From NCBI GenBank assembly GCA_951406725.2, contig OX597841.1, forward strand, positions 16,802,001-16,866,000: DNA of 64,000 nucleotides. The letters are read 5' to 3'. Below, one piece after another: positions 42,166 through 55,612 of the stretch. Each line of letters opens with the position of its first letter. Position 1 is the stretch's first letter. A program made the position numbers and the translations under genes. The stretch comes from Octopus vulgaris (taxonomy: Eukaryota). The notes under the pieces were generated by a model. It had not been told where the DNA came from, made no database searches, and saw nothing but the letters and a program-made list of their open reading frames with translations.

Positions 42166-43239
42166 ATTTACATTCGCCTTCATTAATATGTAATGCAGAT
42201 GTGAGAATAAATTTGTGTGTGTGTGGATATGTATGTATCCACTTGATTGACTACTCAATTTAATCCAAGTCTTCTCAATACACGCACACAAATGTACACT
42301 TAGAAACAGAAATATATACGTATATGTGTATATACATATGTATGTATATATATACATATGTATATACACATACATACATACATATGTATATATATACATA
42401 CATATGTATATATATATACATACATATGTATATATATACATACATATGTATATATATACATACATATGTATATATATATACATACATATGTATATATATA
42501 TATATATATATACATACATATTATATATATATACATACATATGTATATATATACATATGTGTATATATATATATACATATGTGTATATATATATACATAT
42601 GATATATATATACATATGTGTATATATACATACACATGAATATATATGTAGATATATATGAATATATATATGTATGTATATATATATACATGTATATATA
42701 TGTATATATATATATGTCTGTGTGTATATATATATATACCTATATATGTATATACATATATATACCTATATATGTATATACCTATATGTGTATACATATA
42801 TATACCTATATATGTATATACATGTGTATATATGTATGTATACATATCTGTATATTATATACATACATATATATATATAATAAATTTGTATGTGCGCAGA
42901 AACACATAGAGATCTCAGTTGTTTGTCAACACTGAAAATGCCGCGAGTCGATGGACGCAGCAGTGCGTTGACATATTAAATGAGACAAAACCTTAATCAG
43001 CGCTTCTGCCGCGGCACCGCTGCGGCACCACTGCTCCGCCTTAAAGACAACAACAGCATCCAGCGCCACTACCGCCACCTCCGACATCGCCTTGCTATCC
43101 TTATTATATTCCTTCTGCCTCTCCCTACTACTCCATTGTATCCCCTTCGTCTTGTTCCTCCTCATCCTCCTCCTCCTCCTCCTCATCATCATCAGGGTAA
43201 AGACATTTGCCCCTGCACCGCCGCCGCCGCCGCCGCCAC

Positions 43240-43600
43240 CTGCTTCGTCGTCTACCACCACCACCACTACCAACACTACTACAGCCACCAGTAATACTAC
43301 CACCGATACTACCCTCACTACCACCACCACCACCACTATCAACACCATCACTACCACCACCACCACTACTACCAACACCAACACTACCACCACTACCAAC
43401 ACCACCACCACCACTACCAACACCACCACCACCACTACCAACACCACCACCACCACTACCAACACCACCACCACCACCAACACCACCACCACCACCACTA
43501 CCAACACCAGTAATACTACCACCCTTACCACCACCACCACTACTACCACCACCACCACCACCACCACTACCCCACTACCACCACCACCCTCACTACCGTT
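43240..43600. repeat. (ACC)n tract
   Basis: direct reading. Confidence 0.9.
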
Positions 43601-43699
43601 GCAATGGCCAACACACCGAATTTAATTCAATTGACATATGCTGTTTAACCGCAGTTCAATCCTTCGATTATTCACTTTGTAAGAGACACAGGCACTGTC

Positions 43700-44740
43700 T
43701 ATCTAGGACTACTATGACTAATGTGTCCTTCCTTGTTCTTGCTGTTGCTATTATTTAACCCCAGGACAGTCCTGATCCACCAAGTATATGATCAAATATT
43801 ATCCAGTTCTGACCATCCCATCTTAAATTCAGGCATAGTGTATCTAGGACTACAATGTCTGATGTGTCCATTTTTGTTGTTGTTGCTATTATTTAACCCC
43901 AGGTCAGTCTTGATCCAGCAAATCAATGATCAGGGCTGTTCCAACCGTGACCATCACATCATTTATTCTGACATAGTGTATCTAGGACTACATCATCTAA
44001 TGTGTCCTTCCTTGTTGTTGCTTAGTCCTGATCCAGCAGGCCTATGATCAAAGCCCTTCCATCTGTGGCCATCCTGTCTTTTATCCTGGCATAGTGTATC
44101 TTGGACTACTTCATCCAGTGTGTCCTTCTTTGTTGTTAAGCCCCATGTTAGACTTTATCCAGCAAATCAGTGATCATGGCTGTTCCAACCGTGACCATCA
44201 CATCGTTTATTCAGACATAGTGTATCTAGGACTACATCATCTAAAGTGTCCTTCCTCGTTGTTGTGAAGCTCCAGAACAGTCTTGATCCAGCAGGCCTAT
44301 AATCAAAGTTGTTCCAGATGTGACCATCCCACCTTTTATTCTGACAAAGTCTATCTGGGACTACAACACTTATGTGTCCATCATCGTTATGATTGCTGTT
44401 TAGCCCCAGGTTAACCTTGATCATATAGATCTACGACCTATGGTGTTCCAGTCGTGACCATCCAGTCTTATATTCACACACAATGTTTCTAGAACCATAA
44501 TACTTGATATATCCATCCTTACTGGAGCTGTTGTTTAACCCTCGGCCATCCTGATCCATTGAACATAATCAAAGTCGTTCCATATATGACCACCCTGTCT
44601 TTTAGTCAGACAGTATAAGTAAGACTACATTAACTCATATGTCCTTCCTTGTTATGGTTGTTGTTACTTAACCCCGGGTCAGTCCTGATACAGGACTCCT
44701 GTAATCAAAGATATTCCATCCATGACCATCCGATGTTTTA
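43700..44740. repeat. diverged ~130-bp tandem repeat, ~8 units
   Basis: recurring tatctaggactac..atgtgtcctt..tttaaccccagg.cagtc.tgatcca..tgatcaa..ttcca..tgaccatc. Confidence 0.85.
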
Positions 44741-44964
44741 ATAAAAATTTTATCGTCTAATTAACCCTTTCGTGATGCTTTTGTTCAATTCCATATCTAC
44801 TCAAAATACTGAGACCAATGATAAACCGCGCTCTGTCCATGCCCATCTTGTCGGTTCCTGTATCAGTTTTCCTTCTAAGCCGCCATTTTGTATTATTTGT
44901 TGAGAATGAAATCATAATTTTCTTATCTTTTATTTGATGCAGTTATTGGACTGCAACGATCCAG

Positions 44965-44995
<31 letters not shown>

Positions 44996-45106
44996 ATGTA
45001 TATGTCATCATCATCATATAACATCCGTCTTCTATCCATGCATGTGTCTATTTTGGTAGAGATTTAACGGGGGTTACTCTTCCTAACACCAACCCCACTC
45101 CGCAGT

Positions 45107-45153
<47 letters not shown>

Positions 45154-45227
45154 AAATGTGACCGCGTGTGTATCGTTGGCGATTTTTTTCCTCCGTCTTC
45201 CCTTCCTAGGATCTTTCCTTTTCCGAT

Positions 45228-45262
45228 ATTTCTGACGAAGAGCTCCGCTCGAAACGTTAAAT
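45228..45262 (+). ncRNA. minimal type I hammerhead motif (family AACGUU) within element 45151-45358
   Basis: AUUU CUGACGA a GAGC UCC GCUC GAAAC GUU^ AAAU. Confidence 0.75.
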
Positions 45263-45385
45263 CCCACTTTCTTTCCTTTCCTGAGCGTCCAATAACACTA
45301 TACTTGTTCCACGTACTCGCGTTGTTTTCTCTTTGTGTTTTCATGTTTGGATTAACTATATATATATATATATAGATAGATAGAT

Positions 45386-45772
45386 ATGTTTCTTTATTAG
45401 CCATACAGGGCTGCACATAGACGGGACAGATTACAAAGTAGAGCTTTTCTTTTTGGGGAGAAAAAAAGAAAGAGGGGTAGGTTTTCGATCAATAGGGATC
45501 GTGTATCACAGAAATGTCATGGTGTAAAGGGGGAAACAGATAAGGTTTATCCGTGGAAAGAAAATCCTACGGAAAAGACCACAATAACCTCGGTAAATAA
45601 TGTCACATGTTAACACATTTGTTTGCAAGTGCGTAACCCTCTGTTTTAAATTTTTCCGGGTTCATAGGATTATGCTCAAGGTGGCTTCGTCATTCATATG
45701 TGCCATCCATGCTACAATCACCCATCTTTCTTTGAAACATTCGATAGACAAAATTTGCCCCTCTACTCTCAG
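45386..45772 (-). mobile_element. probable 3' end of a non-LTR retrotransposon inserted in (GATA)n
   Basis: non-repetitive block flanked on both sides by GATA repeats; ends a reading frame ..LRVEGQILSIECFKERWV..* followed by a UTR-like stretch with AATAAA. Confidence 0.4.
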
Positions 45773-46220
45773 ATAGATACATAGACAGACAGATACATAG
45801 ACAGACAGACAGATACATAGACAGACAGATAGATACATAGACAGATAGATAGATAGACAGATAGATAGACAGACAGATAGATAGACAGACATATAGATAG
45901 ACTGACAGATAGACAGACAGATAGATAGATAGACAGATAGATAGATAGACACAGATAGACAGACAGACAGATAGATAGACAGACAGACAGATAGATAGAT
46001 AGACAGATAGATAGACAGACAGATAGATAGACAGACAGATAGATAGATAGACAGATAGATAGACAGATAGATACATAGATAGGCAGATAGATACATAGAC
46101 AGGCAGATAGATAGACAGACAGATAGATAGACAGACAGATAGATAGACAGATAGATAGACAGATAGATACATAGATAGGCAGATAGATACATAGACAGGC
46201 AGATAGATAGACAGACAGAC

Positions 46221-46257
<37 letters not shown>

Positions 46258-46260
46258 TAC
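45773..46260. repeat. (GATA)n/(GACA)n microsatellite
   Basis: direct reading. Confidence 0.95.
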
Positions 46261-46884
46261 ATACATGCATATATACAGATATATGCATATCTGTGTGACT
46301 GTGTTTCAATGTGTATGTACTCAAAAAAATATAAACATGCATATACACACACACACACACACACACACAGACATGTGTATTCAAGAAAATTAAATGCAAG
46401 GATATACAGAGATATGTTTATGTATGTGCGACAAATGTCCCTCTCGTCTCTTTTGTCCTAGTCTAACCACCACAAACCGTTTTCGTATTCCTCTTTCACA
46501 TTTCCTTCCTAGCATAATCGCTACCATAAAATACCAGTAATGCATTGGTGTCATTGTAGCTAACTACGAGCTAACATCTTCTAAAACTATTTGGCGTTAT
46601 TCCTGTATCAAATATCAATATATGATTAACCTTACAATGTAATTTCAAACATGGCGTGCCATAGAAGCATTAGCGATAGACAAACGATCTGTACATATAT
46701 ACATATATTAAAGATGGTTTCTCCGCTTTTGTTTGTCACCTCGTACAGCACCGGTCGTCTGCTCTTTCCATTTTATTCCCCCATTTTGCTTACGTAATAC
46801 AATGTTGTCTCTTTAATAAATTTTTCTTTCGTTTGTATATTTTTGTTTCCGTTTTAAGATCTTGGTATATGCGTATGTGTGTAC

Positions 46885-46922
<38 letters not shown>

Positions 46923-46939
46923 GCACGTATATATGTATG

Positions 46940-47019
<80 letters not shown>

Positions 47020-47023
47020 CACG

Positions 47024-47056
<33 letters not shown>

Positions 47057-47097
47057 GTGTATATATATATATACATGCATGCACGTATATATGTATG

Positions 47098-47135
<38 letters not shown>

Positions 47136-47355
47136 CACACACATGGCCTGCTCGCTTAGCCAGCGGGGTGGCGTCATTTGAAGGCTAAAACAATGCGAAG
47201 CGTATTGTGACCAGCGATGTGTAACAACATCTGATAGCCTGGGCGGTCACGGTGACGGTGACGGATATATATACACATATAGTGAGTGTGTGTGAGTGTT
47301 TGCATGTGCTTGTGTGCGAGTGTGTATGCCTATGTGAACATATGTATGTATATAT

Positions 47356-47519
47356 GCGCAGGAGTGGCTGTGTGGTAAGTAGCTTGCTTGCCAACCACAT
47401 GGTTCCGGGTTCAGTCCCACTGCGTTGCACTTTGGGAAAGTGTCTTCTGCTCTAGCCTCGGGCCGACCAAAGCCTTGTGAGTGGATTTGGCTGACGGAAA
47501 CTGAAAGAAGCCCGTCGTA
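47356..47519 (+). mobile_element. SINE family A head, followed directly by a Helitron-like element
   Basis: gcgcaggagtggctgtgtgg...gaagcccgtcgta. Confidence 0.85.
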
Positions 47520-48046
47520 TCTATTATATAAAATCCGTTCTGTCTGTCTGTGTGTGTGTGTGTGTGTGTCTTCTAGGATCTCGGGCATCCTCCATCCGAT
47601 TGCGCTCAAATTTGATATATAGATACCGACGTTATCAGGGCGTGTATAAGTCTTGAAAAAATTACAAAAATCGATTCCAGATGAGAATGCGATGGATAAA
47701 GCCGTTTTTGTCCTGCTTTTCTTCCGTCAACCTGTATATAACTTCACCTTCCATTTTTTTTTGTTGTTTTTGTACTGCTTAAAGGCACGTTTTTTTCTTG
47801 CCAAGCTTATTGTTTAAACCATGTTTGTGTTCTCCCATTCAACAGCCTTATCATTACTGGTACTTTAAACTCTTCGGTTGCATATTTGTTTAAATAAAAT
47901 CGTTTTTCTTTGGAATAGAAAAAAGTCTATTTGTATTTCTTCTTTTGCTGGTCTAACAAATTTTAGGTTAAATCAGTGTTTATCAAAGGGGAGGCCTATG
48001 GGACTGTTTTGAGAAAATTTGGTTTAAATGTTTGACAACTCAGCAC
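47520..48046 (+). mobile_element. non-autonomous Helitron-like element (5' end intact)
   Basis: A|TCTATTATATAAAAT start; homologous to 16646-17020 with an extra ~170-bp internal segment. Confidence 0.7.
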
Positions 48047-48061
48047 TTTTGTTGATAAATC

Positions 48062-48320
48062 TGGAGTGTCCATCCCCTAATGTAACAACCAGGTCAGCTT
48101 GGATGTCCTTGGGGGCTAAACCCTTTTCCTGAAAGTACATAACACCACGATGCCAAATTGTGTTCATTTTCTACAGATGTCGCTAGTTGTTACTTTTCAA
48201 GTCTTCTTTTAACAGTCAGACGTCAATTTAACTGGAAAGAAACAATACAGATAACAATACGAAAGGATTGAAATGAACGCATGCAATATTTCACAGCCCT
48301 AGCATCACTCCTTCATCGTC
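48062..48320 (-). pseudogene. mariner transposase N-terminal fragment
   Basis: RC MNTIWHRGVMYFQEKGLAPKDIQADLVVTLGD resembles the mariner HTH start (..R.VI.YL..KG..P..I..D...LG). Confidence 0.65.
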
Positions 48321-48332
48321 AGCCTATAATCT

Positions 48333-50112
48333 TTTGTATGTATGTGTCTCTTCGATTTTTTAATTATTATAAATCTTCCACTGGGAAGAGAGCCAGTTTC
48401 CAACAAAGATACAAGGCTCCATTTGTGGGATGTAGTTAACACAGACAAATTCACATTTGGAATTTGAGAAAAGTCTTGCATATTTTTACTTTTCCATTCA
48501 CAGATTGCACTTATAATGTACGAATCAGCCTGTCGATTTCTCTTTCTGAAAATCCCAGTTTACCCAGATTCTCGTTTAAACATTTACTAACAAACTTAAA
48601 GCTCCAATTATTATTGGTATGAATATGATTCAGAGTCTGGATACAGGAGCTGGAGGTTTCGAAGCAGTTGTCCATAGATATCCTCTTTTTATTTGTATGT
48701 ATGTATGTATGTTCTGTTTTTATAATTATTATAAATCTTCCACTGAGGAGGGAGCTAGTTTCCAACAAAGATACAAGACTCCATCTTTGGGATGTAGTTA
48801 ACAGACAGATTCACATTTGGAACTTGAGAAAAGTTTTGCATATTTTTACTGTTCCACTTACAGATTGCATTTGTAATTTACGAATCAGCCGGTCGATTTC
48901 TCTTTCTGAAAATCCCAGTTTACCCAGATTCTCGTTTAAACATTTACTAACAAACTTAAAGCTCCAATTATTATTGGTATGAATATGAATTCAGAGTCTG
49001 GATACAGGAGCTGGAGGTTTCGTAGCAGTTGTCCATAGATATCCTCTTTTTATTTGTATGTATGTATGTGTTCTGTTTTTTTAATTATTATAAATCTTCC
49101 ACTGAGGAGGGAGCTGGTTTCCAACAAAGATACAAGGCTCCATCTTTGGGATGTAGTTAACAGACAGATTCACATTTGGAACTTGAGAAAAGTTTTGCAT
49201 ATTTTTACTGTTCCACTTACAGATTGCATTTGTAATTTACGAATCAGCCGGTCGATTTCTCTTTCTGAAAATCCCAGTTTACCCAGATTCTCGTTTAAAC
49301 ATTTACTAACAAACTTAAAGCTCCAATTATTATTGGTATGAATATGAATTCAGAGTCTGGATACAGGAGCTGGAGGTTTCGAAGCAGTTGTCCATAGATA
49401 TCCTCTTTTTATTTGTATGTATGTATGTATGTTCTGTTTTTATAATTATTATAAATCTTCCACTGAGGAGGGAGCTGGTTTCCAACAAAGATACAAGGCT
49501 CCATGTTTGGGATGTAGTTAAAACAGACAAATTCACATTTGGAACTTGAGAAAAGTCTTGCATATTTTTACAGTTCCACTCACAGTTTGCACTTATGATG
49601 TACAAATCAGTCGGTCAATTTCTCTTTCTGAAAATCCCAGTTTATCCAGATTATCCGTACAGCATTTACTAATAAAACCTAGCGCTCCAATTGGTATGAA
49701 TATGAATTCATAGTCTGGATATAGAAGCTGGAGGTTTCGAAAGAGTTGTCCATAGATATTCTTTTGCTCTTTGGCTTTCAAAGAGATATTTATGCCTGCA
49801 GGGCAGCTGACCTCTATGATGGCACATACCCTTGCCCTTCGGTCCCAAACAATAATATCCGGCCTGTTATGCTTACATTTGACAGCAATTTTGATGGGAA
49901 TATTCCACCAGTATTCCTTGAGTTGGTGTTTGTGAGTGTATTCCATAACAGAGGGATTTTCTAAGTTTATTTCAGGACAGTCTTTTTTGCGGGTGGCATT
50001 GTAAATTGTTTTAGCGACAACATTGTGCCGCATTGGGAGGTAGTACCATGATAACATTTTAGGACAGCTGCTAATCACATGCGTGATGTCTTCCACAGAA
50101 AATGACACAGCC
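48333..50112 (-). mobile_element. R4/Dong-like RLE non-LTR retrotransposon fragment with three extra tandem 3'-end copies (~360-bp period)
   Basis: EDITHVISSC (zinc-knuckle remnant), RHNVVA, NRPDIIVWD, IIEVSCP, K..IY, IGALG; units start near 48333, 48692, 49052, 49412. Confidence 0.85.
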
Positions 50113-50325
<213 letters not shown>

Positions 50326-50673
50326 ATGCATGCAAGAGTGGTGTCAAATCAAAGAGATTGACAGCGATGTTAGAAGAAGGGCTCTAATGCGTTTTTCTTT
50401 TTGGATCTCGTTACTCTGGGTTCGAATCCAATCGAAGCCACTTACGAAATTTTTAATTTCGATGTCAAATATATTAATCAAAGTGCTATCGTAACTCTGA
50501 CAATGCGCCTTTCTCTGCCTTTCTATTTGCCCCACGCTCTCTCTCTCTCTCTCTCGGTCTGACTCTCTCTCACTTTGCTTCTCACCAGCTCTCACTCTGA
50601 TATTCCACTTAGCTTAATTGACATTAGAGCGATCAGTGAACGTCGAAAAGATATATATATATATATACAGAGA

Positions 50674-50740
<67 letters not shown>

Positions 50741-50882
50741 TTCTATCTATCTGTCTATCTATCTATTTCTATCTATCTATCACTCAACACCCCCTCTCTC
50801 TGTTTATCTATCCCCCCTCTCTCTCTGTCTATCTATCTATCTATCTATCCCTTTATCTCTCTCTCTCTCTCTCTATCTATCT

Positions 50883-50933
<51 letters not shown>

Positions 50934-51268
50934 AACATATGTGCCCTTCTGTTTGTGTATTTACATGCTTACAAACATACACGCACACACACGATATAAA
51001 TGTGTGTATGTATGCGTGTAGAAGCATGAGCGTGCGTGTATATTATGATTTGCATAAAGTCATGAATATGAGATACATATGTATGTATGTACGTATGTAT
51101 GTATAATGTACAGAGGGGGGACAGACAAACAAGTAGAAAGAAATATGGAGAGTTAAATGTATACTCATATAGATAGACAAATAGAGAAATAAAGATACGC
51201 AGAAATGGCGGGTGACACTATAGCTAGACCCGTCAACAAACAAACGCTATTACCTTCAATTTTCAACG

Positions 51269-51300
<32 letters not shown>

Positions 51301-51858
51301 AAATATATATCCAATTTATATTATGGTTAACAATGCGATGCCATTACAAATATGACACCAGATCGTAAAAGCATTATCAGCAACAGACGAATATATACAT
51401 ATATATATATATATATATGTGTGTGTATATAATGTGTGTGTATATAATGGTTTGTTTTCTCCTCTGGTCTGTTTATTACCTCTTTAGACTGTGTCGTCTG
51501 CACTTTCTCCATTTCTTCACGTCATTATCTGTGTCGTCTGCCGAACGAATTTATCTCTATTTTATGTGTTACTTTTTTTTTCCTTCCATTTTGTGCCTCC
51601 CGATTCACTTCATGTGGACACACACACACACACTCGCACAAACACGCTCACAGAAATACACACACTCATACAAATACACACACACACACACACAAACTCG
51701 CACATGAAAACGCAGCCATATATAAATGCACACAAAAACGTGCACGTATAAATTATGCCTAATATATTTATGCACACACATACACACCTATGTATATATT
51801 TGTATATATATATATGTATGCATATATGTATATATATATGTATGTATGTATATATATG

Positions 51859-51889
<31 letters not shown>

Positions 51890-52145
51890 GCACCAGTTCT
51901 ACATATGGACATACATATACATAAAAATATAATACATATATTCTTATATAAAATATATATACATATAGTGAGAGAGGCAGGTATACACAAAACGTGCGCG
52001 CACACACACACACACATATGTATACGTATATATATGTGTGTATATAAATATAAAAGAGAAAGAGAGGCATAAAGAAAGGTAAATTCATAGCTACACAAAT
52101 GTGTAGATATATATAAACATGTATATAACTATATGTATGTATGCG

Positions 52146-52188
<43 letters not shown>

Positions 52189-52227
52189 TTGTAAATAAAT
52201 ATACGTATATACGCATATATATATATG

Positions 52228-52261
<34 letters not shown>

Positions 52262-52513
52262 TATATTGGAGTTATGAGCATATTATCGCCCTTGCCTGTC
52301 AAACACACGAACAAAATATCGTCTCCATTTTGCAGAAGTTTACTTAAACACATATTTAAAGTACGAACATAACAAAAAAGCTGAAACTGTGACAATATCC
52401 AAAACATAAAACATAAACAAACTTCTGCCAATATACAGGAAAATGTATTTGTGTGTGAGCGCGTTGACATATATTCACCTCCCGCAAAGATACACACACA
52501 AACACACACACAC

Positions 52514-52550
<37 letters not shown>

Positions 52551-52562
52551 GAGATCGAAAAT

Positions 52563-52605
52563 CCACCTGACGAATGTCATTGAAGACATGAAACGATTGT
52601 AGTGG
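52563..52605 (+). ncRNA. compact type I hammerhead ribozyme motif
   Basis: CCAC CUGACGA AUGUC AUUGAA GACAU GAAAC GAUU GUA^ GUGG; all stems paired. Confidence 0.85.
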
Positions 52606-52781
52606 CGGTTTATTTCTTTATATTAAAAATTTTTATGTATTGATTAAGTCTTTCCTTGTTTGTTTTGCAAAATAGTGGTTTTGTCTCGAATTATATTATA
52701 TATATATTTATATATATATTTATATAATTTATGAATAAATGAAAGAATGGAGTTGAACGACAAATTAACAAATTTCCTTTA

Positions 52782-52864
52782 TTTTCGACATATGTTTCGA
52801 AGGCTGCATATTCCTAATTGTGAAGGAATAAGGAGTACATTATGCCGCTTTCTCATCAGGAAAA
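52782..52864 (-). ncRNA. type I hammerhead motif (family ACAUAUGU)
   Basis: RC: UUUUC CUGAUGA GAAaGC..GCcUUC GAAAC AUAU GUC^ GAAAA; flank homologous to 5965-6010. Confidence 0.8.
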
Positions 52865-52967
52865 ACAAGGAATTTATGTCAACATCAAGATTCACAAAAA
52901 CTTTTAGATGACTGCTCTCTCTATCCATAAAAAGATATTTCATTTTTCTTTTTTTACTAATATATAA

Positions 52968-53009
<42 letters not shown>

Positions 53010-53015
<6 letters not shown>

Positions 53016-53245
53016 CCTGCATAGGGTGGATGCAGATGTCTTTAAAATAAAACTGGATCTCTTCCTGTCAGGTGTCTGAGATGAACCAACTTCACAGCAG
53101 GAGGGGCAGATGAGGGCAGTTGCATCGAACTCTCTCATGCACCAAATGGCAATTGCTAAAAAGCATTCGTGAAGTAAAATCATGTAGCAACACCGAATGG
53201 CGGTGCCCCAGCATGGCCACAGCTCGTGAGCTGAAACTAGATAAA
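53010..53245 (+). mobile_element. CR1/L2-like LINE 3' end
   Basis: RDLHRVDADVFKIKLDLFLSGV*DEP...RAVASNSLMHQ then tail ggcggtgccccagcatggccacagctcgtgagctgaaactag. Confidence 0.75.
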
Positions 53246-53342
53246 TTATAAAATATTTCGAAACACGCATTGAGTGAGCTGAGACTAGATAAAATATGAT
53301 AGAAAAATATAAAATATGTATATATGTATATATACATACACT

Positions 53343-53487
53343 AGACGGGCTTCTTTCATATTCCGTCTACCAAATTCACTCACAAGGCTTTGGTCGACCT
53401 GAGGCTTTAGTAGAAAACACTTGGCCAAGGTGCCCCGCAAGGGGACTGAACCCGGAACCATGAGGTTGGGAAGCAATCTTCTTACCA
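53343..53487 (-). mobile_element. SINE family A head
   Basis: sequence match. Confidence 0.8.
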
Positions 53488-53533
53488 GCTGGTTATATAT
53501 GTTGTATAAAAAATGTGAATCCTTAAATGCCCT

Positions 53534-53591
53534 CTCCCTGATGACGGACGAAGTGTCTAAATTTCGGATACCCTAGAAACGGCCGGCGGAG
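53534..53591 (+). ncRNA. degenerate type I hammerhead motif
   Basis: CUCC CUGAUGA ... GAAAC GGCC GGC GGAG; stem I CUCC/GGAG, palindromic loop, but GGC instead of GUC. Confidence 0.55.
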
Positions 53592-53895
53592 TACCACCAC
53601 CTAATTATCTAAACAGGAATACACACATTTAATCATTGGAAACTTCAACTTACGTGCTTAAAAATATTTTTATTCACATTTTTGCAAGTACTTACATTTT
53701 TATTTTTTAATATTTTTAAACAAACCTTTTAATCAATAAGTAGGACAATGTTTTCAATATATACCGTTTAAGATGTTCATATATATTTTTATACATCAAT
53801 ATTTTATACTTCAATATCCTTTTTTCTACCGGTTTACGGCTGAGTGTAGGTTATATTGTTAATGTAAATTAATGAATCTACTTGAATTTTGCTTT

Positions 53896-53945
<50 letters not shown>

Positions 53946-54076
53946 CAAAACTGGATCAATATTTCGGTACAATTGGATGTCCGTTTATTATCTAAATCTG
54001 ATTTTTATAGAACTATCCCGAATGTTTCATGAGTGTAGCCTCACCCCCTTAGATGTTTTGAGAACTCAGATGTTTT

Positions 54077-54166
54077 TTTCGGCTGATGAGTACGGGTCAC
54101 ATGTAATTGCTGCAATATTTGCAGCCTTAATAAAAGTGGTCTGCGTACGAAACAATTGTACCGAAA
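54077..54166 (+). ncRNA. type I hammerhead ribozyme motif with extended stem II
   Basis: UUUCGG CUGAUGA GUACG GGUCAC..GCUGCAA-UAU-UUGCAGC..GUGGUC ug CGUAC GAAAC AAUU GUA^ CCGAAA. Confidence 0.88.
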
Positions 54167-54311
54167 TATTGATCCATTTTTGTTGCTTTTTTCTTGCTTA
54201 TAATCACCCCGCATTATCTTATGGTTAATACCATATAGATTTCTGGTGCATCTAAGTTAAGTACTTAATTCATGTGAATTCAACAGAATTCACTTGAATT
54301 TTAATTACTTT

Positions 54312-54348
<37 letters not shown>

Positions 54349-54416
54349 ACCGCGTGTGTACCGTTGGCGATTTTTTTCCCTCTGTCTTCCCTTCTCTGGA
54401 TCTTTCCTTTTCCTAT

Positions 54417-54451
54417 GTTTCTGACGAAGAGCTCCGCCCGAAACGTTAAAC
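54417..54451 (+). ncRNA. minimal type I hammerhead motif (family AACGUU) within element 54345-54561
   Basis: GUUU CUGACGA a GAGC UCC GCCC GAAAC GUU^ AAAC. Confidence 0.7.
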
Positions 54452-54802
54452 CCCCCTTCTCCCCTTCCTTCATAAGCGTCCAATAATACTATATTTGTTC
54501 CACGTCCTCGCGTTCTTGTGTTTTCTGTTTTCTCTTGGTGTTTTTATGTTTGGATTAACTATATATATATATATCCTCTCCTTTCTTTCAACATCTTCTT
54601 TCAAACATTTTTCTAATCATTCGCCATGCTTGAGCGCTAGATTTTACAAGTTTTTTTTCATTCTGTCTCTACTTTCTCTTATTCTTTTCTGTTTAAGAGT
54701 TTAAGTTTGAAACTTAAGACTTCTCACTTTCCCGAGCGTCAAACTAATACACATCCTTGCTGTTCGTACGCCTGTCTTTGTAATATATATATATATACAT
54801 AT

Positions 54803-55195
54803 CTTACTCTCTCTTACTTGTTTCAGTCATTTGACTGTGGCCATGCTGGAGCACCGCCTTTAGTCGAGCAAATCGATCCCAGGACTTATTCTTTGTAAGC
54901 CCAGTACTTATTCTACCGCTAAGTTACGGGGACGTAAACATACCACCATCGGTTGTCAAGCGATGTTGGGGGGGACAAACACAGACACACAAACATATAC
55001 ACACACATACATACATATACATATACATATATACGACGGGCTTCTTTCGGTTTCCGTCTACCAAATCCACTCACAAGGCTTTGGTCGGCCCGAGGCTATA
55101 GTTGAAGACACTTGGCCAAGGTGCCACGCAGTGGGACTGAACCCGGAACCGTGTGGTTGGTAAGCAAGCCACTTACCACACAGCCACTCCTGAGC

Positions 55196-55196
<1 letters not shown>
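54803..55196 (-). mobile_element. SINE family A, near full length
   Basis: sequence match with a small internal deletion. Confidence 0.88.
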
Positions 55197-55229
<33 letters not shown>

Positions 55230-55383
55230 GTATATATATATGTACAAAGCTGTTTGTATATCGCGGGATTGTTTGTCATCATATTCAGGTGTTGATTGGC
55301 GAGAGTTGTCTCCTCCTAACATATATTCAATAACACGTCATTTGATTATGGTAATTTATTAATCGCAGTATTATTCCTTCCTC

Positions 55384-55612
<229 letters not shown>

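Noticed and set aside
43700-44740. CRISPR-like periodicity
   Set aside because: Eukaryotic context, no cas genes, and the spacers are homologous to each other
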